Shown: one piece after another, positions 41,815 to 50,468 of the stretch
Numbering within the stretch: the stretch's first letter is position 1
Layout of the letters: every line of letters begins with the position of its first letter
DNA from: an uncultured Dehalococcoidia bacterium
GTDB lineage: Bacteria > Chloroflexota > Dehalococcoidia > Lucifugimonadales > Australimonadaceae
Direction of reading: 5' to 3'
Assembly (NCBI GenBank): GCA_958295525.1
Contig: OY282355.1
Coordinates: 655,504 to 719,503 of the forward strand
Length of the DNA stretch: 64,000 bases
The notes under the pieces: model-generated
Database searches by the model: none
Told to the model about the DNA's origin: nothing
What the model saw: the letters and a program-made list of their open reading frames with translations, nothing else
Program-made: the position numbers and the translations under genes

Positions 41815-43080
41815 TTATGCGGCGGAACGCTCCTGCGGCCGTAGCGCCGCCCGCAGCGCGCGAACCTTATCGGCGACCTCCCCGACGCGCGCCAATACCG
41901 CATTCAGGTCGCCGGACAGGTCGAGTTCAGTGACCTTCAGCGTCTTGCCGGCGTGGCGAACGCGATATTCGCCCCGGGGCGCGTCGGGCGGGGTCTCGTC
42001 GTCTTTCGCGTAGATCAGCAGGCCGCCCGGCAAGTCGAGCGCCGTCGCGTAGGCGAGCATCTGGTAGAGGTCGGCGTTCGGAACGCGCGCGTCGCTCGGA
42101 ATGCGCTTGTACTTGGCGTCGCCCACGAATACGGGGCGCCTGCCTTCCCACCACGAGAGGTCGGGGTAGAGCCGAATGTGGTTCCTTTCGTCAAGGTAGA
42201 CGCGGTGAGGCAATTGTTCGTCCGACGGGAACTCGCTGGCCGACAAACCCAATTGCTCCCGCAGCGCGGCGGTCACGAACTCCTGAAAGACCTTGTTCAT
42301 ATCCATTAGGAACCCGGGCGCGCGGACATCCCCGCGACTCGCCTCGAAGCGGTCGTGCCGCAGAATGAGGCGCGCCAGCGCGACGGCGCGCTCGTAATGG
42401 CGGTTTAGCCGGTCGAACCGCATCTCCGGCACGGCGTTCGGCGGATACGCGCAGAGCGACACGCCGTCGAGCATCGCGTCAATCCGCCCCAATTTGCGGC
42501 GCGTCTCCATCGACCGCAGCCCCGCGCGGCGCATGCGCCGATTCGCCGCCTTCACGAGGCGGTTCGGGAGAATGTCGTCCGTGAACTCGTCGTAGCGAAC
42601 CTCGACGGGCAGCGGCAGGCCGAATCTGCGCCGGATCTGCTCGTCGAACCGGATGCGCCCCCGCACCGTCTGCAGCGACTCCTCGCGCTCGACGTACCCG
42701 TGCAGCAGGCCGCGCGCGAACGCTTTCTCGGCGGCGTCGGCGAACATTCGCGCAAGCATGTCCGGCAGCGCCCATTCCTTTGGGAAGTTGAAATCGCTTC
42801 CTTGAATCCGAACTTTGCTTACCGCGTAGTACGCGAGCGAAATCAGTTGCTCAACCGCGATCTTAGGCCAGATGAGCACGGAGAGGCCGTCGACCTCGAC
42901 CGCGCCGACGATGGAGGATGGCTTGAGTCTGTAACGGTCGGATTCGCCGCGCACGGGCGTGACGCTCAGGCCGTCAACCGCCCCCAGAGCGTCGCGCTGA
43001 GCGACCGTGAGCGCGATGGGTTCGCTCTCTTTGTATTCGCGCAGGTCGATCTCACGCATCGTCGTCCGTTGCGTCGTCAT
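41815..43080 (-). CDS. mcrC: McrC-like nuclease subunit of the McrBC system
   Basis: 421 aa. PD-(D/E)xK core 'PDLSWW...VFVGDAKYK', 'DLYQMLAYA'. Start is 1 nt after the mcrB stop. Confidence 0.85.
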   Translation of the reverse strand: MTTQRTTMREIDLREYKESEPIALTVAQRDALGAVDGLSVTPVRGESDRYRLKPSSIVGAVEVDGLSVLIWPKIAVEQLISLAYYAVSKVRIQGSDFNFPKEWALPDMLARMFADAAEKAFARGLLHGYVEREESLQTVRGRIRFDEQIRRRFGLPLPVEVRYDEFTDDILPNRLVKAANRRMRRAGLRSMETRRKLGRIDAMLDGVSLCAYPPNAVPEMRFDRLNRHYERAVALARLILRHDRFEASRGDVRAPGFLMDMNKVFQEFVTAALREQLGLSASEFPSDEQLPHRVYLDERNHIRLYPDLSWWEGRRPVFVGDAKYKRIPSDARVPNADLYQMLAYATALDLPGGLLIYAKDDETPPDAPRGEYRVRHAGKTLKVTELDLSGDLNAVLARVGEVADKVRALRAALRPQERSAA

Positions 43081-43081
43081 C

Positions 43082-44875
43082 CTAATCGGCAGCGTCAGGC
43101 GCGCCGTTCACACCAGGCTCCGTTGGCGCGGGGGGCGTGTCTCCGCTTAGCCCTGCCCACAGCGCGTCGAACTTATCGAGGCGAGTGCGGCGCGTGGACT
43201 CCCCTTCGTCCTGCAGGCGTTCCTCTAGGTAAGGGCGAATGGCGTGTTTCCAGATGCGTCTGGCCATCGCCTTATCGAGGTTGGGCTTCATAAAGTGGCT
43301 CGGCCCGATGGCGGCCTCGTGGTCGGCCAACTCCTTGTTGGCCTTGTCAACGAATGAGGCGACCCACCCCATACCCGACAGGTCGTTCCGCTCCAAGAAG
43401 CGCGAGAGCAACCCTTTGACCGGCGGCTCGTCCGGGTGGAACTCCACGAAGTAGAACCGGCGGCGCAGCGCCAAGTCCACCAGCGCGATGGAGCGGTCGG
43501 CGGTGTTCATCGTCCCGATGACGTACAGGTTCTCCGGCAGCCAGAACGGGTCATCTTCCTCGCGGGAATACTGCAGGCGCAACTCCTCATCGCGGTACTC
43601 CAGCAGAAAGTAGAGTTCGCCAAACACCTTGGCGAGGTTGCCCCGGTTGATCTCGTCTATGACGAGGAAATGCTTCGCGCCGGACTCGTCCTCGCGCGCC
43701 GCGTTCGCCGCTTGCAGCAACGGTCCGTCCGCCAGCCCGAACCCCGCTTGCTTGCCGTCAAGCGTTGGGCGGTAGCCCTGCACGAAGTCCTCGTAGGCGT
43801 AGGACGGATGGAACTGCACGAGCGTGACGCGATTCTCATCGCCGTCAGCGAGATGCTTGGCCAACTCTTTGGCTACGTAGGTCTTGCCCGTGCCGGGCGG
43901 GCCGTAGAAGATGACTTGCTTCTTCTCCTCGAGGAGAGTCTCGACCTCGCGGAGGAATGAGGCGTCTTGGAAGTACAATTCCGTGGCGAGTGTGTCGTCC
44001 GCCGGAGGTGAGGCATCCCCGCCCTGCCATAACGGGTAAACCTCACGTTCGTAGTAGGTGATGTTGTTTCCGTAGTTCGCTTCTGCGCGAGGGCGAATCC
44101 GCTGCAGGTCGCGGTCAACGTCGTCGGTGCGCTCAAGGCCGAATATCTGACGTCCCCACGCCGCGATCCTTGCCTTGTGCGCTGCGCTGACAATTCCCTC
44201 GAATGTGTCAGGGAAGATCAGATGGAGCAAAGCGGAGCATTGCGGGCGCGCAGCCGCTTGGTGATTGGGCGTTTGCATGAGCGCGCTTCTAGGGATGAAC
44301 GAAGTATTGTACGAAGGCGTTCCCCAGATGCCGCTCTCTATGAATTTCTTGAACCCCCACGGGTCGGACAGCAGGCGGTCACGCTCAATCCGTGGCAGTT
44401 CCTTCCACTGCTCAACGAACTCAATGATGAAGCCCACTTGGAAGGGGCGGAACGTGTTGAAGGCAGTGCCGGGGTGGGCAATGCCGGGCCCAAGCCCGCC
44501 ATCAGTTTCACTGGGGATGGTCACTGGCGACGGCGACATGCGAAGCACACTGTCGATCCGCAACCGCTTCGTTGCCCTCCGCATTGCGCCTTCCCAGATG
44601 ACGAGGAAGTGAACGTACAGCAACTCGCCCATCAACTGGTAGACTTCCGGCGGGCTGTCAGCCAGTTGCCCCTCCATCTTCGCGTAGAAGTTGTCGCTGG
44701 ACTCGTCAGGGTGGTTGAGGAACCGCTCATGGACTTCGCCAAGCCACTCGGGGGTCCAAATTGGCGTGCCCGGAGTGAAGAGCGAGCCATCGCTTCGGAG
44801 AGCGCAGTCCACCCAGAGGTCGGCGGCGGCGTAGACATTCTCTTGGCCTGGCAATTCTGTTCTTCTCGACCCCAT
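43082..44875 (-). CDS. mcrB: McrB-like AAA+ GTPase subunit with an unassigned ~290-aa N-terminal domain
   Basis: 597 aa. 'IFYGPPGTGKTY', 'VQFHPSYAYEDFVQGYRP', 'FLVIDEINRGNLAKVFGEL', 'IGTMNTADRS', 'ALRRRF'. Confidence 0.85.
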   Translation of the reverse strand: MGSRRTELPGQENVYAAADLWVDCALRSDGSLFTPGTPIWTPEWLGEVHERFLNHPDESSDNFYAKMEGQLADSPPEVYQLMGELLYVHFLVIWEGAMRRATKRLRIDSVLRMSPSPVTIPSETDGGLGPGIAHPGTAFNTFRPFQVGFIIEFVEQWKELPRIERDRLLSDPWGFKKFIESGIWGTPSYNTSFIPRSALMQTPNHQAAARPQCSALLHLIFPDTFEGIVSAAHKARIAAWGRQIFGLERTDDVDRDLQRIRPRAEANYGNNITYYEREVYPLWQGGDASPPADDTLATELYFQDASFLREVETLLEEKKQVIFYGPPGTGKTYVAKELAKHLADGDENRVTLVQFHPSYAYEDFVQGYRPTLDGKQAGFGLADGPLLQAANAAREDESGAKHFLVIDEINRGNLAKVFGELYFLLEYRDEELRLQYSREEDDPFWLPENLYVIGTMNTADRSIALVDLALRRRFYFVEFHPDEPPVKGLLSRFLERNDLSGMGWVASFVDKANKELADHEAAIGPSHFMKPNLDKAMARRIWKHAIRPYLEERLQDEGESTRRTRLDKFDALWAGLSGDTPPAPTEPGVNGAPDAAD

Positions 44876-45086
44876 TCCTATACTCCTCCTTCAATCTCCG
44901 TTGCTTGGCCGTTGCAGGCTAGGCTAATTGCGGCAGGCATTCTACCACATCCGCCTCGCGCTTGTCAAGCGCAGGCGGGGTGCCGGCGGGGCGGGAGCGC
45001 CTGACGACTTCCCGATGGGGAAGGATATGGCGTTAGGGTAGGGTAGGGGCGGCGAGCGGCTGGCTTTACGCAAAACAAGCGGCGTT

Positions 45087-45183
45087 CCTACTGGATTCCC
45101 GCCTACGCGGGAATGACGATTCGCTGCGCGCTCCGTCCGGGGGCGAGATTCTCGCCTACGCGGGAATGACGGGGCAAGGGGGC
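45087..45183. repeat. REP-like pair next to the brnA 3' end
   Basis: cctactggattcccgcctacgcgggaatgacg ... gggcgagattctcgcctacgcgggaatgacggggcaaggggg. Reverse complement of the unit found after brnA copy 3. Confidence 0.85.
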
Positions 45184-45197
45184 GGGAACGATGCGCC

Positions 45198-45497
45198 TTA
45201 CGCGCCCAGGACGGCGTGGCGCAGCATATCGTTGGCGCGCGTCTGCCAGCCGGGGCCGCCCGCCCGCAACTGCGAAACGACGTCGGCGTCGAGGCGGATC
45301 GTCACCCGCGTCTTGCCGGCGGCGCGGCGGCGCGCCTCTTCCTGCTCGCGCACGATTCGCCTGATATACGCGAACTCCATCGCCGGAACCAACTCGCCCG
45401 TCACCTCGCGCGTGTCGGTGGCCGTGGCGAGGTCCGCCTCTATCTCGGCCTCTTCCTCGGGGGTTAGGCTGATATGGCCAGGCTTAAGCGGAGGCAT
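45198..45497 (-). CDS. brnA: BrnA antitoxin, copy 1 (no cognate brnT)
   Basis: 99 aa. 'KTRVTIRLDADVVSQLRAGGPGWQTRANDMLRHAVLGA'. The middle segment differs from copies 2 and 3. Confidence 0.8.
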   Translation of the reverse strand: MPPLKPGHISLTPEEEAEIEADLATATDTREVTGELVPAMEFAYIRRIVREQEEARRRAAGKTRVTIRLDADVVSQLRAGGPGWQTRANDMLRHAVLGA

Positions 45498-45530
45498 AGC
45501 GTTTCTCCTCTCTATTGCCGCCCCCGCTCA

Positions 45531-45604
45531 TCGTCATTCCCGCGTAGGCGGGAATCTCGCCCCTGCGGACGAGGCGCGTAGCGCATCGTAGGCGGGAACG
45601 ATGC
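45531..45604. repeat. REP-like elements between brnA copies
   Basis: tcgtcattcccgcgtaggcgggaatctcgcccc plus a degenerate second element. Confidence 0.8.
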
Positions 45605-45607
45605 GCC

Positions 45608-45907
45608 TTACGCCCCGAGGACGGCGTGGCGCAGCATATCGTTGGCGCGCGTCTGCCAGCCGGGGCCGCCCGCCCGCAACTGCGAAACGACGTCGGCGTC
45701 GAGGCGGATCGTCACCCGCGTCTTGCCGGCGGCGCGGCGGCGCGCTTGCTCCGCGAGATACCACGCGACGATTTCAGGCGCGGCCTCCGTCGCCGGAACC
45801 AACTCGCCCGTCGCCTCCCACGTGTCGCAGTGCGCGGCGATGTCCGCCTCTATCTCGGCGTCTTCCTCGGGGGTTGGGCTGATGTGGCCAGGCTTAAGCG
45901 GAGGCAT
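45608..45907 (-). CDS. brnA: BrnA antitoxin, copy 2
   Basis: Start at ATG 45907, overlapping brnT by 14 nt. 99 aa. Confidence 0.85.
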   Translation of the reverse strand: MPPLKPGHISPTPEEDAEIEADIAAHCDTWEATGELVPATEAAPEIVAWYLAEQARRRAAGKTRVTIRLDADVVSQLRAGGPGWQTRANDMLRHAVLGA

Positions 45908-46154
45908 AGCGGTTCTCCTCTCTCGAACTTGCCTTTCGCATGCTGATGATGCGGACGTTCGCTCCGCGCTGCGTGTAGACGACGGCGTGCAGGCGGTCGC
46001 CGATGTAGCCCAGCGCGAGAACACGCTCCTCTCCGTGCCGGACGCTTCGCTCATACCGCGCGGACAGCCAGTCGAAGCGGTGGATGACTTCAAAATCAAT
46101 CCCCCGCTCTGTGATGTTGTCGAGCCGTTTGGCCTCGTCCCACTCGTAAGGCAT
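45894..46154 (-). CDS. brnT: BrnT toxin (DUF497)
   Basis: 86 aa. 'YEWDEAKRLDNITERGIDFE', 'ERVLALGYIGDRLHAVVYTQRGANVRIISMRKAS'. Confidence 0.85.
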   Translation of the reverse strand: MPYEWDEAKRLDNITERGIDFEVIHRFDWLSARYERSVRHGEERVLALGYIGDRLHAVVYTQRGANVRIISMRKASSREENRYASA

Positions 46155-46160
46155 AGCCCT

Positions 46161-46189
46161 ATAGTATGCACGCGGCTAGGAGCCGTCAA
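46161..46189 (-). promoter_or_regulatory. brnTA promoter candidate (near-leaderless)
   Basis: On the minus strand: TTGACG (46189-46184), 17-nt spacer, TACTAT (46166-46161). Only 6 nt separate the -10 from the brnT ATG. Confidence 0.5.
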
Positions 46190-46259
46190 GCCTACTGCGC
46201 GCCGCGCGCTGCGGCGCTATACTGCGCCCCGCATATCACAGCGAGCGGAGGGGCGACTT

Positions 46260-47498
46260 ATGGTCACGAAAACGGCGGAACTGGCGGACTGGCGCGAGCC
46301 CGAGGGGATGAACAAGGCGGGGTTCGGCTTCTGGAAGACGCCGAAGTCGGCCTACGACCTGTTCATCGAGGCGCAGGGGATAGAGATTCACCGCGACATC
46401 GGCGTGCACCGCATTCAGGACTTGCCGCGCAAGCCGTGGAAGCGGCTCGGCGGGAGCGGCGTGGCGATCCAGTTGCTCGGCACGGAGCACCTCTGGGGTA
46501 TGTACGTCGTGGAGATCCCGGGCGCGGGGGCGCTCAACCCCGAAAAGCACCTGTACGAGGAGATCTACTACGTCGCGGAGGGGCGCGGCTCCACCGAGGT
46601 GTGGCAAGACAGCAACCCGAACAAGAAGCAGGTGTTCGAGTGGAGCGCGGGCTCGCTCTTCGGCATTCCGCTGAACGCGACGCACCGCCTCGTGAACGCG
46701 ACCTCCAGCCCCGCGCTGCTGCTCGCCGCGACGACCGCCCCGAACATCGTCAACCTCGTCCGCAACGGCGAGTTCGTGCTCAACAGCCCCTACGAATTCA
46801 CGGGTCTCTTCGACGCGGAGGACGACTACTTCAAGCCCGTCGAGGACGTCTTCGCCGACCCGGTGCGCGGCCTTGCGATGCGCCGCACGAACGTCATACC
46901 GGACATCGTGAATTGCCACTTGCCGCGCGACAACCGCCGCTCGTTCTCGTACCGGCGCGTCGAGCCCCACATGGCGGGCGCCAACTTCTATATGAAGATC
47001 GGCCAATACGAGACGGGGCAGTACTCCAAGGCGCACAAGCACTCGTCCGGCGCGATTCTCGTCTGCATCCGGGGCAAGGGCTACAGCATCACCTGGCCCG
47101 ACCGGCTGGGCGAGCGCCCGTTCGAGGCCGGGCTCGGCGGCGAGGTGAAGCGTCAGGAGTACGAGCCCGTCGGCATGGTCAGCGCCGCGCCGATGACGGG
47201 GGACTGGTTCCATCAGCATTTCGGAACCTCGCCCAACGGCATTCGCTTCCTCATCTTCGACGGCCCGTACGGGCCCGGGATGCGGCGCTCGGCGGCGCCG
47301 GGCTCCGACGCCCGCGACGGCGGAGCGCAGGACACGCGGGAGGGCGGCAACGCCATCGCCTACCCCGACCAGGACCCGGCGATCCGCCAGGAGTTCGAGC
47401 GGATGATCGGCGTGGAGGGGTTGGAGAGCACGATGCCCGAGTGGGCGTACACGGACTACGCGCCGCCCCCCGGCGCCGCCGACGTCGGCGGCTTCTAG
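46260..47498 (+). CDS. Bicupin dioxygenase-like protein
   Basis: Start at ATG 46260 (GGAGGGG upstream). 'KHLYEEIYYVAEGRG' and 'DWFHQHFG'. Paralogue of 26639..27775. Confidence 0.75.
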   Translation: MVTKTAELADWREPEGMNKAGFGFWKTPKSAYDLFIEAQGIEIHRDIGVHRIQDLPRKPWKRLGGSGVAIQLLGTEHLWGMYVVEIPGAGALNPEKHLYEEIYYVAEGRGSTEVWQDSNPNKKQVFEWSAGSLFGIPLNATHRLVNATSSPALLLAATTAPNIVNLVRNGEFVLNSPYEFTGLFDAEDDYFKPVEDVFADPVRGLAMRRTNVIPDIVNCHLPRDNRRSFSYRRVEPHMAGANFYMKIGQYETGQYSKAHKHSSGAILVCIRGKGYSITWPDRLGERPFEAGLGGEVKRQEYEPVGMVSAAPMTGDWFHQHFGTSPNGIRFLIFDGPYGPGMRRSAAPGSDARDGGAQDTREGGNAIAYPDQDPAIRQEFERMIGVEGLESTMPEWAYTDYAPPPGAADVGGF

Positions 47499-47517
47499 GC
47501 GGAGGGAGCGCCGCGCC

Positions 47518-49869
47518 TTGCCGGCGGCGAAGGAAGCCGCCGCCCGCGTCAAGATCGACCGCCTGCTCGCTGAGGCGGGCTGGCGGTTCTTCGCCGACGC
47601 CGACGGCCCGGCGAACGTCGTCCTCGAGCTGAACGTCCCGCTCGCGCCGGCCGACCTCGACGCGCTCGGCGACGATTTCGAGGGAACGAAGCGCGGCTTC
47701 ATCGACTACCTGCTGCTGGACGCGGACGGGAAGCCGCTCATCGTCCTCGAGGCGAAGTCGGAAAAGAAGACCCCGCTCGTCGGCAAGGAGCAGGCGCGCC
47801 GCTACGCCCGCTCGCAGAACTGCCGCTACGTCATCCTCTCCAATGGGCGCGTCCACTACTTCTGGGACTTGGAGTCGGGCGCCCCGAAACCTGTGGATAA
47901 GTTTCCGTCGCCGGAGTCCGCCGGCGACCACCGCGTCAAGGTCGCTCCTGACCCGCGAAGGCTCGCCGACGAGCCGGTGGAGACGGACTACATCGCGCTC
48001 TCGCGGCGGCCAAACTACGCATCCGACGCCGGTTGGCGGAACGAGGCGGAGCGCGCTGATTATGAACGAAGGCATGGGCTGCGGTTCCTGCGCGGCTATC
48101 AACTGAACGCCGTTCGCGCGCTGCAGCGGGCGGTGCGGGAGGGCGCGGACCGCTTCCTCTTCGAGATGGCGACCGGCACGGGCAAGACGCTCACCGCCGC
48201 CGCCGTCATCAAACTCTTCCTGCGGACGCGGAACGCCCGCCGTGTTCTCTTCCTCGTCGACAGGCTGGAGTTGGAGGACCAGGCGCGCCGCGCCTTCAGC
48301 GATTTGCTGTCGGCGGACTACACCACCGTCGTCTACAAGGAGCGCCGCGACGACTGGCGGAGGGCGGAGATCGTCGTCTCCACCGTCCAATCGCTGCTGT
48401 TCGGCGGCAAGTACCGGGAAGAGTTCTCGCCCACCGACTTCGATCTCGTGATTTCCGACGAGGCGCACCGCTCCATCAGCGGCCAAGCGCGGGGCGTGTT
48501 CGAGTTCTTCACGGGCTACAGGCTTGGCCTCACCGCGACGCCGAAAGACTACCTGCGGGGCGCGAGCGGCCTCGACGACCCCCGCGAGCAGGAGCGCCGC
48601 GCGCTGCTCGACACGTACAAGACGTTCGGCTGCGAATCCGGCGAGCCCACGTTCCGCTACTCCCTGAACGACGGCGCGCGCGACGGCGTGCTCGTCAATC
48701 CCACCGTGATGGACGCGCGGACGAGCGTGACGACGCGGATGCTCTCCGACCAAGGCTTCATCGTCTCGTTCACCGACGAAGAGACCGGAACGGAGGTCGA
48801 GCAGGCGTTCGGCCTGCGCGAGTACGAACGGCGCATCTTCTCCGACGCCACCAACCGCGTCTTCTGCCTGACCTTCCTCGATAACGCCCTGCGCGACCCG
48901 ATCAGCGGCGAGGTCGGCAAGTCCATCGTATTCGCCGTCAGCCAAAGCCACGCGGCGCGCCTGACGCAGATCCTCAACGAAATGGCGGACACGGCGTTCC
49001 CGGGGCGCTATCAGTCGGATTTCGCGGTGCAGGTGACCTCGCAGGTTCGGGACGCGCAGGAGTTCACGCGCCGGTTCGCCAACAACAGGCTAATGGGCAG
49101 CGCCAACTTCCTGCCGGACTACAAAACGAGCAAGGCGCGCGTCTGCGTCACGGTGGGCATGATGACCACCGGCTACGACTGCCCGGATCTGCTGAACGTC
49201 GCGCTGATGCGCCCGGTCTTCTCGCCGACGGAGTTCGTTCAGATCAAGGGGCGCGGCACGCGCCCCCACGACTTCGCGCAGGAATACGCGGACACGCCGA
49301 CCGGCGCGGGCGCCCCCGCGAAAAAGACGACGTTCAAGTTGTTCGACTTCTTCGCCGTCTGCGAATACTTCGAGCGCGATTTCAACTACGACCAACGGCT
49401 GGAGTTGCCCGCCCTCCACGAGGCGGATCCTGGCGGCGGCGGCGAGCGGGAGCGCTCCGTCTACCGGCTGACGCACCGCTATCTGGGGCCGGACGCGCTG
49501 AGCGAGATGCAGGAGATTCCGATCGGCGCGAGCGGAATGAGAATCGACCGTGAACTCTTCGACGACGAGTCGTCGCTTGCGCTCAAGAGCGGCATCGCGC
49601 TGGACAAACGGCTGGACGAGGCGTTCGCCGCGTTCATCCGCGCCCACGCGCCGCAAGACGAAGCGGACCTGCCCGCGCTCAAACGCTTCTTCAAAGCCTA
49701 CGCCACGAACGCCGCAACACGGGAGATCATCGACGGCGGAGCGTTCGCGCAACTCGCCTCCAGTTCCGCCTTCTCCCTCGACGACCTCAGCGCCGTCCCC
49801 GACGAGCACCGGCGGCTAATCCCCGACTACGTGAAGGGGAACCTCCCGCTTGACCTCTTCGCGGCGTGA
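47518..49869 (+). CDS. hsdR: Type I restriction enzyme R subunit (EcoEI-like family)
   Basis: 783 aa, TTG start. 'KIDRLLAEAGW', nuclease 'IDYLLLDADGKPLIVLEAK', helicase 'EMATGTGKT', 'VISDEAHR', 'LGLTATP', 'GMMTTGYDCPDL', 'QIKGRGTR'. Confidence 0.85.
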   Translation: MPAAKEAAARVKIDRLLAEAGWRFFADADGPANVVLELNVPLAPADLDALGDDFEGTKRGFIDYLLLDADGKPLIVLEAKSEKKTPLVGKEQARRYARSQNCRYVILSNGRVHYFWDLESGAPKPVDKFPSPESAGDHRVKVAPDPRRLADEPVETDYIALSRRPNYASDAGWRNEAERADYERRHGLRFLRGYQLNAVRALQRAVREGADRFLFEMATGTGKTLTAAAVIKLFLRTRNARRVLFLVDRLELEDQARRAFSDLLSADYTTVVYKERRDDWRRAEIVVSTVQSLLFGGKYREEFSPTDFDLVISDEAHRSISGQARGVFEFFTGYRLGLTATPKDYLRGASGLDDPREQERRALLDTYKTFGCESGEPTFRYSLNDGARDGVLVNPTVMDARTSVTTRMLSDQGFIVSFTDEETGTEVEQAFGLREYERRIFSDATNRVFCLTFLDNALRDPISGEVGKSIVFAVSQSHAARLTQILNEMADTAFPGRYQSDFAVQVTSQVRDAQEFTRRFANNRLMGSANFLPDYKTSKARVCVTVGMMTTGYDCPDLLNVALMRPVFSPTEFVQIKGRGTRPHDFAQEYADTPTGAGAPAKKTTFKLFDFFAVCEYFERDFNYDQRLELPALHEADPGGGGERERSVYRLTHRYLGPDALSEMQEIPIGASGMRIDRELFDDESSLALKSGIALDKRLDEAFAAFIRAHAPQDEADLPALKRFFKAYATNAATREIIDGGAFAQLASSSAFSLDDLSAVPDEHRRLIPDYVKGNLPLDLFAA

Positions 49870-49882
49870 GGGCAGGGCGCCT

Positions 49883-49904
49883 CTGGATTCCCGCCTGCGC
49901 GGCC
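49883..49904. repeat. Single REP-like hairpin
   Basis: ctggattcccgcctgcgcggcc (degenerate). Confidence 0.6.
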
Positions 49905-49946
49905 AGGGCGCGACAGGGAGCGGGAGGGAGGCGCGGCGCCTGAGGC

Positions 49947-49975
49947 TTGACGGCTCCTAGCCTCGTGCATACCAT
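49947..49975 (+). promoter_or_regulatory. Second (inverted) copy of the brnTA promoter
   Basis: TTGACG-gctcctagcctcgtgca-TACCAT. It matches the minus-strand copy at 46161-46189 except for two positions. Confidence 0.4.
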
Positions 49976-50009
49976 GATGTCCTATCAACGGGCGGTGGAT
50001 AGGAATTCG

Positions 50010-50084
50010 GCAGGCGGCGCGAAGCGCCGCTCCACTCCCACCCCAGGGCCACGTCATTCCCGCGAAAGCGGGAACCTACTGGGG
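50010..50084. repeat. Hairpin F + REP-B composite inserted in the brnT remnant
   Basis: ggcggcgcgaagcgccgctccactcc...ccacgtcattcccgcgaaagcgggaacctactgggg. The same composite occurs at 54355-54431. Confidence 0.85.
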
Positions 50085-50182
50085 CATTGGGCTCCATTCT
50101 CACGCAACGCGGAACGAACATCCGCATCATCAGCATGCGAAAGGCGAGTCCGAGGGAGATGAGACGCTATGACGCCCCTTAA
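50084..50182 (+). pseudogene. brnT: brnT 3' remnant
   Basis: Reads '...ALGSILTQRGTNIRIISMRKASPREMRRYDAP*', compared with 'ALGYIGDRLHAVVYTQRGANVRIISMRKASSREENRYASA*' in intact BrnT. It retains the 14-nt overlap with brnA. Confidence 0.7.
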
Positions 50183-50468
50183 GCCCGGAACGATATGGCC
50201 AACCCCCGAGGAAGAGGCCGAGATAGAGGCGGACCTCGCCACAGCCACCGACACGTGGGAGGCGACGGGCGAGTTGATCCCTATGACGGAGGCCGCGCCT
50301 CACATCGTCGCGTGGTATCTCGCGGAGCAAGCGCGCCGCCGCGCCGCCGGCAAGACGCGGGTGACGATCCGCCTCGACGCCGACGTCGTTTCGCAGTTGC
50401 GGGCGGGCGGCCCCGGCTGGCAGACGCGCGCCAACGATATGCTGCGCCACGCCGTCCTCGGCGCGTAA
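50169..50468 (+). CDS. brnA: BrnA antitoxin, copy 3
   Basis: 99 aa. The 3' ~170 nt are near-identical to copies 1 and 2 in inverted orientation. Confidence 0.85.
   Translation: MTPLKPGTIWPTPEEEAEIEADLATATDTWEATGELIPMTEAAPHIVAWYLAEQARRRAAGKTRVTIRLDADVVSQLRAGGPGWQTRANDMLRHAVLGA

Noticed and set aside
41289-41933. ORFs composed of REP translations (also 41350..41844, 50130..51110, 50679..51125, 61131..61889, 61814..62203, 62324..62770)
   Set aside because: Their sequences are concatenations of the repeat-derived peptides ('RHSRVGGNLAP', 'VIPAKAGTYW', 'GEIPAYAGMT'). Apparent conservation between them is DNA-repeat identity, not protein families.
46236-48951. Two long minus ORFs (46236..47702 and 47251..48951)
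   Set aside because: They lie antisense to the bicupin and hsdR genes, which have clear family motifs.
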